Below, one piece after another: positions 11,740 to 24,700 of a DNA stretch of 64,000 nucleotides. Made by a program: the position numbers and the translations under genes. Source of the DNA: Vicugna vicugna. Its lineage: Eukaryota. The notes beneath the pieces are model-generated. The model had not been told where the DNA came from, searched no databases, and was given only the letters and a program-made list of their open reading frames with translations. The stretch is taken from positions 620,001 through 684,000 of the forward strand of contig MU061538.1 of assembly GCA_013265495.1 (NCBI GenBank), given 5' to 3'. Each line of letters starts with the position of its first letter. Positions within the stretch are counted from its first letter, which is position 1.

Positions 11740-14415
11740 GTGAGTACCCGCGGCGCCAGGCCGCCGGCTTCCCCGGGGGGTGTGGCCAGGACCCGCCCAC
11801 CCGGCACTGGGCCACAAGCTGGCAACCAGTCTCCGCCCAGTAACTAGCCTCCACCAGGTACCACTCGGCCCCCTGCCCATGCCCGGACCCTGGTTCAGAG
11901 CGCCATTGGCCACGCACCCTGAAAACTCGCGGGCAGGCTCACTGCACAGTCTGTCCCCAGGCGGGACCACGTATGAGGCAGAGGGGACGAGGTGCTGGGG
12001 CGCTGGGCCTGGTCACCCTGGGGCTCACAGCAGCAACCTGAGGAGTTAGTTGCTGTAGTTACCGCTGGAACCCAAGACTTTAGGAAAATTCTTAGTTGGT
12101 TGTGTGGCGGGTTCCTGGGCCCACACGTTCCTCACACGGGAAACAAACAGGAGACGCCAGACCCAAACCTGCCTCCTGCCAGAAGGACGGAGAGGCTAGA
12201 GGCAGACCCAAGGCTGTGGGCTGGTTTCCTTGGTTTTCCTTGGGTGGGGTCTTCCTTCCAAGGGCGCAGGTGCCAGGGCTGGGCCTCCCGGGGCAGCAGG
12301 TGTCAGAGGACCAGGGGAGGAATTCCTGTTCCTGGAGACCCTGGGGCCAGCAGGCATGCCAGCCACCCCCGCCGGCCTCGCCCCGCCGCTCCTGTCCTTC
12401 CGCACCGGGGCGGGCAGCCCAGGGACGGAGAAAAGGGGCCAAAGGTCACTCTGAGTGGTGATTGGCAGCCTTTCGGGACTAAGTAGAGTGAGTGCCGGTG
12501 ACAAGTTGGTGAAGTAAGAGCTTTCGGAGCGCGCGGCAGAGCTGTGGGGACGGGGAGGAGGGCTGTGCGGGAGGCTGGTTGGGGTGTCCCCCTGAACCCT
12601 GTTCCTCAACATTGGTTTCCAGGGGGTTTCAGGATCTCTCACCAAATTCTCAAATTGGCTTCCAGTCGAATACAGTGCGTGCAGGAGACCCCTCCGGTCC
12701 TGACGCAGTGAGGTTTCGGGGGTAGGTGACCGAGGGAGGCAGTGGTGATCTTAGATGAGGCCTTTGCCGTCTGACGCCCTGGGGGTGGCCAGGGCCATGG
12801 TTGTGGGTCCCACTTGTTCCAGTGGTCTGTTGCCTGGAGCGTGTCCCTCAGGCCCTGCTCAGACTTCACGCCCCACACAGTGAGGGTGCAGCGTAGCAGC
12901 CTCGCTGTGGGAGAGTGAATTCAAAGTGAAGCACTTCGTCCACACCCAGCAGACCTAGGACTTGGTCTCTAGGGTTATTCTGGGGAGGAAGTAGCTCCGT
13001 CCCTCCCAACGGGGGTCGACCTCAGACGCTGCTTCCGTCTGTGCTCAGAGGCCTCGCTGCCGCCGTCCGGCCAGGCTCTCTCGGTGAACGCTCTCGGTGT
13101 GCTCGGTGTTTCTCCGGCCGGGCTAATTTAGAAAACCAAGCCGAAGCCTCGCTCACGCCCCAGCCTCTCGTCTGGTGGGGCTGGGCTGTGTCGCTGCCTG
13201 GGCTCCGCCCCCACCCAGGGCCGCGGTGAGGGCGGCTCGGGACTGTCCGGAGCGAGGAGGACTGTCCTCCTCTTGTTGGGGTCCTTCCCTGGAGTGAGCC
13301 GTGGACCAGGCCACTGTGAGAAACCGGGCAGTTATTTTCAGGTCTCAGAGACGGCAGTTCAGTGTTGGGGGACACCCAACACTCCCCATTTCCTGGGTTC
13401 TGGCTTCCAGACGTCTGGGCCGGTTCAGGCTAAAGTCAGGACTGGGTGAGCACAGGGATGCTGGTGAGAAACCGCCTCGCCCCGAGAAGCCGCCAACAGC
13501 AGCTCCCCGGCTGCCGAGCCCGCAGCCTCCTTCCTACGGGCGGAAGTTCAGGATGGCCTCCCAGGCCTGATGGGGACTTGGGGCAGAAGGTGAAGCAGGA
13601 GAGAAGATACAGCGTCTTTTACATTTTCCTTTTACTTCATACCACAGGTCTTTTTTGCCCACATTTGGGCTATAAGCGCAATTAAGCGGAAGCCCCCGAT
13701 ACCTCTCCTCCTCGCGATAACTGAAGGTACGAAGCAAGCGAGCTTCCTGGCAGAGCGGAGTGAGACGCGTGTGGCCACAGCCCGCACAGACCCTGGCTGT
13801 GCAGAGTAGCCTGTACAGTCACATCCGTCGTGTTTGTACTCAGTCCTCACTAAATTCCAGGGGGAGTCATCCAGCAGTAAATAATGCGCAGTCTCAGCGT
13901 TGGAATCAGAGGGCACGAAGCAAATGGGAATTCTGTTTTCCCACCTGGGGGAACCGGCCAGACCCCCGAAGCTCAGCCCGGTTGCTGGGGACTCAGACGA
14001 ACCACGGCTTCAACACCACAGCGCACGAGTCTGCCACCAGGAACAGGTCTGCAGGTCCCAGCGACGCCAGGAAGCAAGCCTGCGCTTCACCCCTTAGAGG
14101 GACAATCGTGGGACTTTTAGCTTGGAATGCGCTTAACTAACTGACGCCTCGGAAGAGGATGACCGCCCAGATGTCCTGCACATCGTAAGAAGTTGGCCAA
14201 ATGCAGAAGCCAACTCTTTGGATTTCAGAAAATGTTCACAAGCAGGCATCTCTGTGTGTGTGATTTTGGTGTATAGCAAATATTTTTCTTAAATAAATCT
14301 CAACTCCTAAGAATAAAATACGAAAGTAATTTAGGTTCGTAAGTCAGCCTCTCTCCCACTGATTATTAAAGACACAATTTCCCACTAAGTTCTCACATGA
14401 AGACTTGGTGTCTGG

Positions 14416-14580
14416 TGGAGAAGGGGTGTGGTACACAGGATGTGGCACAGTGGTAGAGCATGTGCTTAGCGCGCACGAGGTCCTGGGTGCAATCCCCAGT
14501 CCCTCCATTAAATAAACAGATAAATACACCTAATTACCCCCACACACACCAAGTTACAAAACAAAGCTTAAAAAAAAAAA
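14416..14580 (+). mobile_element. Vic-1-type camelid tRNA-derived SINE, decayed
   Basis: cagtggtagagcatgtgcttagcgcgcacgaggtcctgggtgcaatccccagtccctccatta, then cctaattacccc and an A-rich tail. Imperfect TSD cttggtgtctgg (14404-15) / cttggtatctgg (14582-93). Confidence 0.88.
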
Positions 14581-17500
14581 GCTTGGTATCTGGAAAAGTG
14601 ACTTGAAAACTCAGGCTTGCTGTAAATGTTAGAAAAATCGGGCGTTAGGTGGTCAGAAAGGACTGGTGTGAGGCTGCAGGCTGAGAGGCACGGTCCCCGC
14701 GACCCCGCCCCAGAGGCTGGCCCAGACCTTTCCTGAGACTCCGGGCCGTGGTTGTCTGGGCAGCAGACCCAGCCCCGCCCTCACCTGCGTGCCAGAAGGC
14801 AGCCCCTCCACCACCCTTCCAGGCTGCAGAGTGGGGCGTCCTGTCTTCGCGGGCTGAAGGCTGGATTTTCAGGGTGAGTTTTGTTTGGAGCATTGGGCAG
14901 GTGTTGCCGTGCTGTGTGATGTAGGTGAGACGCGGTCACACATTTATTTATAATTGTCATTCTGCAGCGTAAAGCGAGTCACTGGGGTTTTTTAACTGTG
15001 CGTTTGGAAGTTCACAGAGTGCACCTGGCGGGTACCCTGGTTCATGGGGTGTCTTCAGAGGATCAGTCAGCCACATGGACAGTAGATTCAACACAAACAA
15101 ATGGCTTTACTTCTGAAAAAATCCCGGAATCCCAGAGCTCAAGTCAGGAGGGAACATGCCCTCGCCCGCCCTCCCATGGCACTTCGCAGACCCTAGAGTG
15201 CGGCCAGAGACACTGACCGGCTTCATGCCTGGCTCGGGGGCTCGTGCTGTGACCACGACAGTCAAGCAAGCAAGCAGCTACAAGGAGGGGGAGGCGCCGG
15301 GGCAGCCGGGGTGAGACCCGGCACAGCTGTTGGGGGGAGCCGGTGTGGATCCCCACCAGGAACAGGAGACAGGCGTCTCCCCATCCCCGCACTGCGGCGC
15401 CGGCCAAAGCTCCTGGTGGAAGAGCCAGGTTCGTAGAAACTGACGTGATTTCCTCTGATTACGCTGATCCTGCCTTGGGAATCTTAAGTGTAATGAGCCT
15501 TCATCCGTTAAAGATGCGCAAAACCAGGCTGAGGCTTCTGTGGCCCCTCTTCGCTCCGCGCAGGGAGTGCTTGTGCCCAGAGCTCTTTCCTGTTCACCGG
15601 AATGTGCGCGGAATGGAGTGACGGTGACCATCTTCTGAGTGGTTGTCCAGCCGGTGGCACACTTCACCCTCCGTGGTCATACACGGTTTACTGCCGGCCA
15701 GGTGGTGGGGTGAGGGGGCTGGGGGTGACGGCGGGGCGGGTGCCCTGCCCGCATCCTCGGGCCTCGGCCTCCAGGCGGAGCAGGTGATGGGGAGACGGGT
15801 GCCCGTGACCTCAGACCCCCCCCAGCAGGCGCCTTATCTACCTTCCCGAAGCCCTGTTGAGACGTCTACTTTCAGTCACATTACTTCTCACCGCGAGAGC
15901 ACCTAAACGTGCCAGGGCGAGCATACTAACGGTTTTTAAATGTGCTGCTGTCTAAACTGCTCTGGGCTGGGGGAGTCCGTTTGCAGAGGGGGTGGGCTTT
16001 TGCTGCCCACGCAGCACTGCTTTGGGGATGTGACAGGGGTCTGCATACACAGCTGTGTTAAACGTCATGACTCCTTCCTTCTGCTAGGCGCTTTTCTCCT
16101 GAAATATTTCAGTTGAGGCTTTCAGCCGGAGGAGCGTCACTTTACCTGTGTAGAATGTGTGGTTGTGAACTTCCAGTTTTAATTAGGAGTCACTGAATTA
16201 GATGCTCAGAAAGCGTCTTCCCTCCGCCTAGCAGCCAGCGTCCCACTGTTGTGCTGTTGGAATAACTTGCATCTGTCATTTTACGCGCGTCCCCTGTTGC
16301 GCAGCACAGTAATTACAAGGTGCCCTCTCTCACGCTGACGACCGCCACCTCAGAAAGTGTGGACGAGCAGTGCCGCCTTCACCGGGTTCCTGGTAAAGGA
16401 GACGTGCCTCCCTCATGCCCCGCTCAAACCCAAGCACGAAGCGGGCTCTAAGGTGACACCGGGCTCACCGCTGACATCCCACGTGTCGCTGTGGAATTGT
16501 GTGTGGGTGAAACCTTCCTGTTTTCTACATATTGGGAAATGCATTCTTAACAAGAATCTAAACATGGACTATTTTCAGTCTTTAATCAAGCCCTGGGTCC
16601 CGAGTGGACACTGGGACTGGACATGAAAGAACCAAGGCCAGTGGACATCAGACAAGTGAGCGGCTGCCTTACAGGAGAGCGAGACCCGCCCAGTGTGTTC
16701 CGGGGCTGGTCCCCGCCGCCCCGGGGTGACGGTGAGGACAGCTCTGTCGACCCCTCCCCTGGCACCGCTCTGTCCCCTGCGGACACCAGCAGGAGGGGAA
16801 GAGCCCATCCGTCCGATTTAATCCTCTTTGCTTCTCCAGGCTTTGTTCCCGTGTTTCGGTTTTGTTTCGGGTTTTTTCCTGCTTAGTCAGTCTTTGAACT
16901 AAATGTTACGGTTAAGTTCTTTTAAGCCAGACCTCCTCTCTCAACACTAGCACGCTGCATTTGGACAGATAACCTAGTCAGAAAACCCAGCACTGCGCTC
17001 TTGTGTGTGTGTTTTCAGTCCCTGTCCGGGGGCGGAAATAGACCAGGGAGTTGGCTGCTGGGAGGCCGGTCTCGGGGAAGGGCCTGCCACGTGGCTCTCA
17101 GACCCCAGGATGACTCGGCTGTGCCCCAGCGCCTTTTGGGGGAACAGAAACAAGCCCTCACCTGGGGGCAGTTAACTCTGCCAGCAAGGGAGGCAGAAGA
17201 CAGTGTCGGTGGTCCCTCCAGGACCCTGGACAGCACCCCGCCTCTGCCAAGGCCCCCTCTCCCCAGCCCAGAGCCTGCAGTTTCCTCTGCAGTCACACAT
17301 GTCCGCAGACAAGTCACTGTGCGGTGGCCCTGCCCTGGGCGCCTCCCCCCTCGTTCTCAGCACCTGCCTCACCTGGCCTGTCCGTGCACAGTATCCTGGT
17401 ATCTGGTCTCTGGTTTGCTCAATTCCAGGTACAAGAGAAACCTGCAGCGCTGATGGCCAGGTCTAGGCGCCGGACCCCAGGCTCCAGCCGCCTAAAATCC

Positions 17501-17685
17501 AGGCGGGTTTGCGTCAAGAAGGAGAGGAGGAGCGGCTGGGTTTCCAGCCTCCACAGACGTGGGGACGTGGGGTCGTGGGGTCGTGCGGGTGAGGGCTGGA
17601 GGTGCCCTACCGCAGCCGACGCTTGACTTCCAGGCCTTGGGGTGGTGCTTCAGCTCATCTCTCTCCTGTGGTCTTGCCTCCGCAG

Positions 17686-17763
17686 ATGGACCACGACCCG
17701 AGGAAGCCCGCGTACATCGCCACCCAAGGACCGCTGCCCGCGACTGTCGCTGACTTCTGGCAG
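17686..17763 (+). CDS. PTPRN2: PTPRN2 coding exon (exon 17 equivalent), 78 nt: [26 protein letters not shown]
   Basis: cgcAG acceptor and GTgagc donor. Phase 0, 26 codons. Contains the PTP motifs YIATQGP and TVADFWQ. Confidence 0.98.
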
Positions 17764-20700
17764 GTGAGCCTGTTTTTAATTAAATTTCTTTTCTGAAAGT
17801 AAGATCTTAGTAAGTTGATGATGAATAACGCTTGGATTCAGTTAAGCCAATTCAAACTTGTGTTCCCAGGTGTTCATCAAATGCTACTTGATTCCAGCAT
17901 TTATATGAAGCTTTTAACATTTTCTGTTATCAGTCTTTGTTTTCCGTAACACAATGTGAGAAGGTCCCTTTGGGAGATTTAGTTAAAGACTCTCACTTTG
18001 TTTTTTAGCAACTTACACTTTCATTTTATGAAATATAAAGAAATGAAGTAGTAAATGTTCATTATAGTTCATTCAAATGTGTCTCTTATCTATGGTTTTA
18101 ATCGTTTGAAGGTAGAAAGCTGGCTAAGTTACAGTCTCTCTTTGCGGATTCTCTGTAACGCATGTTAAAGGCCAGGCTGGTATCTCTTCACTCAGCAAAG
18201 CCCTGGACGCCCAGACGGGCTCAGGCGTTGAGAAGTAACGTCCACACTGGCCAGTAAGAGGAGAAGCAGGAGGGCAAGTGGGTCCCTCACTTCCTCTCGG
18301 TCACCCACCGAGCAGCAGAGCGTGGTGGGAATGGCCTTGGGATGATGGCACCGGTGATGAGCCCCTGAGTTCATGTTCCTGCTCAGCAAGTGTAGCAACT
18401 TCCTACTGTGTGTCAGGGACGCCGCGTGTCCCCAGAACTGCTCCAAGGGCCCCTTGGCAGCTGAGGACAAGAGGAGGAGGTCGTGCCTTCTGGGTCCCGG
18501 AGCGCAGTGGTCGGACCAGGGCAGTGCGTTGGTCCACATAGCTGGGCTTCGGTCCCGGTGGTGACGCTGTGCTGCAGCCTGGCCGTTCACACAGGCAGGT
18601 AGACGGGCTGGCAGTAGGCAGAGCTGCATGTGCGCCACATCCCTGTTCCTGTGGACTTCCGATCCCTTTCCCAACTTTCCAGCCAACCCTCTCCTGACTC
18701 TTGACCCAGAGGAGGGTCAGTATTTCCTTCCACCTTCGGGAACAGTCCCTGTAGGCTCTTCTGGGAAATCAGAAGGGGCCCAGGGTTCGCCGAGTGTCCA
18801 CCAGGGCGCTTTGCCTCAAAAGCGTATTAACCACTGGCGTCACCATCCCCATGAGACAAGCGAGCACCCACGAGAGCACCCCAGCCCGTGAGTCGGAAGC
18901 CGAGATCCGGACGCGTCTGCGTGGCCCTGCTCTGTCCTGGGCCTTCGCGCTGTGGGAGAGATACCAAACTGAGCCCCTGCGGCGGTGCCGTAGAGGCACG
19001 TGCTCTGGCGGCAGGTGGTCTGCGGAAGCGCTGGCCCCTCCCGCCTTGGGAGCTGTCTCCTCCGACAGCTTGGGCGCCTGGGTGGGGCTCCTCCAGGCAC
19101 GGGTGCGCGGGCCCGAGGGTCTGGGGACCGTGTCTCTCTAGGAGGTACTTCCTGACGTCAGGCAGAGCTGCCTTCCTGCGCCGGGAGCCCCGGTCCTGCT
19201 CTGCTCCTGGGGCGTCGTCGGAACTCCGCGGAAGCGTGTGCCCACCCCCCAGGCTCCTGGTGCTCGGACAGACAGAACAAAGAAAACTGAGTTGTGGGGT
19301 GGAGCAAGAAATGCCCGCGGCACCGCAGCAGCACCGCGGCTGCCCTCCTCCTTGCCCAGGCTGTGCAGTCTACGTGTGGTGCGTGCGTGGTGCCCCAAAG
19401 GGGGGTTGTTTCGTTCTTACCAGCCCGTCAGCCCCAGTCATCACGTCCTGTGGGCAAAGCTGCTCTCACAGACAGAACCACGACTTTCTTCAGGACACAT
19501 GGACACTTGGCATAATGATCGCTCACATCCAGCGACCCCTCACTCTGAGCCAGCCCTGTGTCCGGCTCCGCGTGTCCTGGCCCGTGGTCTGTGCAGCCAG
19601 CGAGGCTTGGAGGCGCGTAGCTCGCCCGGTTCGCGCAGCTGGTAAACGGGGGGCTGGTGCGGTTTCTTCCTGCCTGTTCGGAGCGCTTGCAGCTGTCGGG
19701 GGCAGCTTACGTGTCAGCGTCCGCGGTCCGCAGGACGCTCCGGAGCGCTCATGAAGGTCTGATGTCAGGAGCGTGCTTGCTTGAAATGGCACGAAAGCGT
19801 CTCCAGATGACACAAGCAGAGAAAACATGCAGGTGCGATGGCGTGCAGGATGCTCTGAGACACACCCCAACGGGCATTTATCTGACTGTCCCAGGGGACA
19901 CTGACGTCCCTCCAGGTGGTCACAGACTCTCCACACAAGAAGGGCTGTGGCCGATAGGTGACCCTCGGGGACGTCAACAGGCACGTGAGCACACTGCAGC
20001 CTCTGAGGAGTCCTGTAGCAAAAGGTCCTGCCCCACTTGTCTCCTCCAACCGCCCTTGACCGAGACGGTGAGGTCTCCCGGGGACACGCGAGGAGGACCC
20101 AGTGACGAGATGTTGGCCTTGGCCGGAGGGCTGGTCCTGTCTGTGACGTGCTTCTCAGCACAGCCACGCTTGTTGGCTCAGCTCTGAACTCCGTTGTTTC
20201 AGACGTGGGCATCGACTCAGCATAGCCCTGTATCAGTACCTGCCCGTAAGCCACAGGCTCGACGCTTGGAAGTTCACTGGCCACTGCGGCCCAGCAGAAT
20301 GCCTGCAGAGGAAGCACTGCCTGTCTTTACGGCTTCCTGCAGAAGGCGGGGCCGTTCAAAGGCCACTGTCAAGGGTAAGTGCTTTTAAGAATAAAGCCTG
20401 ATTGGAAACATAAAAATTCCGGGCTGTCCAGGAATATCAGCTCTCACCTTATTGTCTGGATTTATGGCCTTTAATGAGTTTTGACCGAGGAACTCAGCAC
20501 ATGTTACGGAAAACATCGAAGCGTCTCCGTGTGCCGCCCTGAAGCCCTCCCTGGGAGGCGCTCACGGGTGTTTACGCAGGAACGGTCGCTGTGGGGCAAG
20601 CAGATGTAAACAGTGGCATCCCAGCTCCCAGGCACAGAGGAGCCCAGGCTGGGAGCTGGAGATGGCAGAGAGGACCCTCTCACCCTGTTTTCAAATAAGG

Positions 20701-20940
20701 TCCCAGGTTCCAGGTGGCCGTGGATCTGGGGGGACGTCGTTCCACCCAGTACGACAGCCAAGAGGAAAACAGGCGTGGAGCCCCAGTGTGGTGCTGTTGC
20801 TGCAGGACCAGTGGACACCGCACAGATGGACGGATGGGCGGAGGAGGGGCAGCAGAGGCACGGAGAGGCCCGAGGCCATCAGCAAGGGGGACGCGAGGTG
20901 GGCCCGGCAGGCTCAGGGCGACATCCAGAGGAGGGGCAGG

Positions 20941-20984
20941 GAGGCTCTGTCTTCACAGGGACGAGGCTCTGTCTTCACGGGGAC
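20941..20984. repeat. 22-bp tandem duplication
   Basis: gaggctctgtcttcacagggac / gaggctctgtcttcacggggac, 1 mismatch. Confidence 0.9.
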
Positions 20985-21671
20985 ACGGCCCTTCTAGAAC
21001 ATTCCATCATAGGTGTGCCAGCAGTGCCAGCCCTTCCACCCTCAGCTCGGTCACCATGATCTGGGGTCTCCAGCCCCAGCCGCACCCCTCACTCCCTACT
21101 CCCCTCCTCTGCCTGACCCAGCACTGCTCACCACCTGCGATTAGAGTGCTTTCTCTAAATTCACATCGTGGGTTGTAAGAATTTGATTCCAAAGTCAAAC
21201 ACGTGCTGGACGACCTTCCCATAGAAATGTGTTCTGCTCTCTGAGGACGGTGGGTCTGCCCCGGCCGACAGGGCTGCAGAGGGAAGCAGACGCGCCCTGG
21301 GGGAGGAATGCAGCAGGAAGATGCCATTTACGGAGCACCTTCCATCTGTGAGTGCACATGACGCCCCGACGACCAGGCCGAGGACGTCACGGTGCGGTAT
21401 GTGACACACAGACACTGTGGTGCAGTCCCACAGGGACAGGGGTGGTGGGGGCTGGGGCTGGGGAGCTGGTGACGGGGCCAGTCTCAGTCTGGAACGATGA
21501 GAAGGTCCTGGAGACGGTGGTGGAGAAGGCTGCACAGCAGTGTGAAAGCGCCCGGTGCCCTCGAACTGTGCACTTAAAAGCCGGCTAGGAGGGTGTTTTC
21601 ACGTTGTGTGTATTTTAGTAGAATAAAACAAAGTGTAATCCCAGTCCCAGCAGAAGCTGAGGCCCCGGGAG

Positions 21672-21795
21672 CCCAGCAGCTCGCCTAGCAGCTCGCCCAG
21701 CCCACGTCCAGCGGCCCCAGCCCACGTCCGGCGGCCCCAGCCCACAGCCAGTGGCAGGCCAGCGGCCCCAGCCCACGGCCGGTGGCAGGCCAGCA
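21672..21795. repeat. GC-rich degenerate minisatellite
   Basis: 2x cagcagctcgcc-like unit, then 2x 20-mer ccagcccacgtcc(a/g)gcggcc, then 2x ~31-mer ccagcccac(a/g)gcc(a/g)gtggcaggccagc. Confidence 0.85.
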
Positions 21796-24700
21796 CGTCG
21801 CAGACCCCCACCCACGTCATCCGACGCGTTGCTCCCTGCACCGCGCACCTTACCGCCAAGAGGGTGCGTGGGTGGGCAGGCGCATCCCCGTGAAAGGAGA
21901 GAGGGACCCTTCCTGTGGGGCTGCCAGGGTGCGCAGCCAGCCCCTGCTGGGACGGAGGGACAACGGTGCTTCCCTCCAGGCACAGAAGATGTGAGTAGGT
22001 CCCCCAGAGTGTGTGCGTGTCCAAGGCTAGGTCAGGGTGAAGGCTTCTCTGGGGCTGCGGTCTCCCCACCGGGAGGAGAGGTCTGTGCACCTGCCAGGAC
22101 CCAGGCACCTTGGGAGCATCTGGACAGCTCTTTGGAGAAAAGTGGGCTCCGGGCTGTGAGCAGGGAGTAGGGGCCAACGCTGGCCGCAGGTGAGGGGCCC
22201 CGTGCCATCTCGGGCAGGCGTCAGCCACCTGCCGTGGGGCTCCTCCGGCCCCACTTGTTCAAGGAGCCCTGTCTGTGAGGGAGTCCGCTGTCTGTCCCTC
22301 CTTCCATGTTTTTGACTGAGCCAGCAGCACTAAGAACTTCCCCACGGGTAGCATCCTCGTGTCTCCGTCACTGAAGCCTCAACTCAGGTGACCAGTCGGC
22401 AGCTCAGTGGCGCCCAGGTCGCGTTGGCGCTCATCACTATGACTGCTGTCCTTCCGAGGAGAGAAGTTCACCTGGAGACTCAGCTTCCTGCCTCCTGCAA
22501 GTGTGTTCCGCTGGGACGTCCACGGGGGAGGGTGGGTGCGCTTTCTCTCTTCTGAGAGCAGTGGGCTTGATTTAGGTAAAGGGGTCACTCCGTATCGCCA
22601 TCAGTCATTGTCCTTAGGGTGGTCAAGAAAAACGCCCAGCCAGGTGCTGTGGGAGACACAAAGAATGTGAGGGTTTCCCTTCCAGGGACCCGCTGCCCCG
22701 GGGGCGGGGACAGAAGCAGAAGGGCAACCGAGAGGCACAGGAGCGAGCCGTGCCCGGTGCCACGGTGCCGGAGGCCTCGGGTGGGGGGGGGCGACGCTGC
22801 CCGCTGCCCCTGCATGCTGGGCCCGGCCAATGGGGAGCCGAAGGTGGCGGCCCGTGTCCACCTCCGGGCGGGGCAGCCAACAGATGACCGCTCTACGGCC
22901 GGCGTCATCCAAGCCCCGGGTAGTGAGCCTGAGCACCCAGGGGTGGCCCCCGCCCAGCCATGCTGCGCCCCAGGGCCCCCTGTGTGCAGGGCGCCCTCCT
23001 GCCTGTGAGACCACATCCTGTCAGGGCCCGTGATCTCCGGTTATCCTCAGAGGCTGGGCTGAGAGGGGAGGCCGTCCCCGCGCCTCTGTGACTCTCGGGT
23101 GAGTCGCGCCCGGCTGTTGGTCCTGGACAGCTCTGGGCAGGGGTGGTGGAGCAGGATCTGCAGACTTTGCGGCTCTGGACTGAGAGGCTGTAGGAGAGAT
23201 TTCCTTCAGCAGTGGATTGGTGGGGTGATTTTAAAGCACATTGTTTGATTTAATTAAAGGGATGATAAGATTTGAAGACAGCTCATTTCTTTGGAAAACC
23301 TGACTTTTCATTTCCGTGAGCTCAGAAGTCCTTTGACCAGAAGGATTTAGCAGTCTTGCTGGATTTTCTATACATGAATTCCCAAACTTTGGTCAGACCA
23401 TCTTATCTAAATTTGGGGATTGAAGGCCAGGATCTTGCAGGGGTGAGCATGGCGCTGCTTGGTGGCCCCGCAGCAGGAAGTGTGCGTGTCCTCCCGCCAC
23501 ACATGTGTCAGAACATCAGCTTAGGTTTGGGTGAAAAACACGTCCCTTGAGTTTCTTTTTCAACCAATTTTTGTGGCTCTCAGCTGAAAACATCCTGCTT
23601 TGATGTGTGATGTTGGCTCCCTAGTCTGTCCTGTCTTTCTCTTTCTTCCTCTTTCTTCCTCCTCTTCCTCCTCCTCTTGCCTCACGAGCGGACCTGATAT
23701 AAATGCATCGGGTCTTGATTTTGGAAAGGGAAAAAAAACGGCAGCCTGAGGGGCATTTCAGTCTGGGACGTCAACCTGCACGTTTAATGTGAAATGTGAA
23801 CACAGACCAGGGGACTGTACGTGGTTCTAAGTGACAGCGCTCCCTCGACCCAGGTGATTTCTCGTACGGTCAGATACCTCCCTTGGAACTGCACAAAGTT
23901 CGGATAAAAAACGCACCTCGTTTGTGAGCACGTGGTCCCACCGTGGAAATGTCACAGCTGGTGGTCACACCAGCCATGTGGACTCTGCTCGAGAAGTAAG
24001 CTGGCCACTCTCTTTGCAAAAGATCTCTTGATTCTAGTGAAATGGCAGGTTATTTCCCTCCTGAGCAAAAATACCGACAGTGGAAAAAAATTCCAGAGGT
24101 GTCTGCTCCTGTTTATCAAATATCGGATTGTGGCTGCGTGGCTGGCGGGGGCCTGGGTCCAATCTCAACAGCTGCAGGGTGTCTCCCTCCCCGCCCGCCC
24201 TCCTGCGCGTCCACATTTCCTATCAGCTCTGCCACCTGCACCCCCTGGTTCTACCTCTTCACGGAAGCCCACACCGATAGGGTTACTGGGAAACAAGTCA
24301 GGTGGGTGTGTCCCGAGTCGTGCTTGCAAGTCACAACAAAGACTTCATAGCCTCTTCTGCATCCAGTCAGATCTCCGTCCCAGCTATCCACGGTTTGACA
24401 CAAGCCTGTGACTGCGTGGCTGAAACACACCCGGGTGCTGGAAGGGCTGGACGACACGGGCGGGGCGGGGCACTCGGGGGTCTGCCTGCCCGCGGGGTTG
24501 CAGACGCCCCTGCTTGTTCTTCTTTCGCCCACTCCAGACCACGTGGTTACAGCTGACGGACCTCTAACGCAAGTGTTCTTAGACCTCTGTGATTGACTCC
24601 CAGTTTCAATATTCGTCAGCGTCCCCATTGCCGGGATTAAGGCGATGTCTGTTCAACCTGTGAAAAGAAATTGCAAAGGAAATGAGTTGTGTGGTCAAGA

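Noticed and set aside
13361-13383. 9-bp hairpin agtgttggg-ggaca-cccaacact
   Set aside because: Isolated short stem, expected by chance in 64 kb, with no supporting context.
17810-17910. ATGATGA box C-like motif in the AT-rich intron after the 78-nt exon (possible C/D snoRNA)
   Set aside because: No CTGA box D or terminal stem at an appropriate distance.
20941-21795. Short direct repeats as a possible CRISPR-like array
   Set aside because: The repeats are adjacent with no unique spacers, no cas genes are present, and the context is mammalian.
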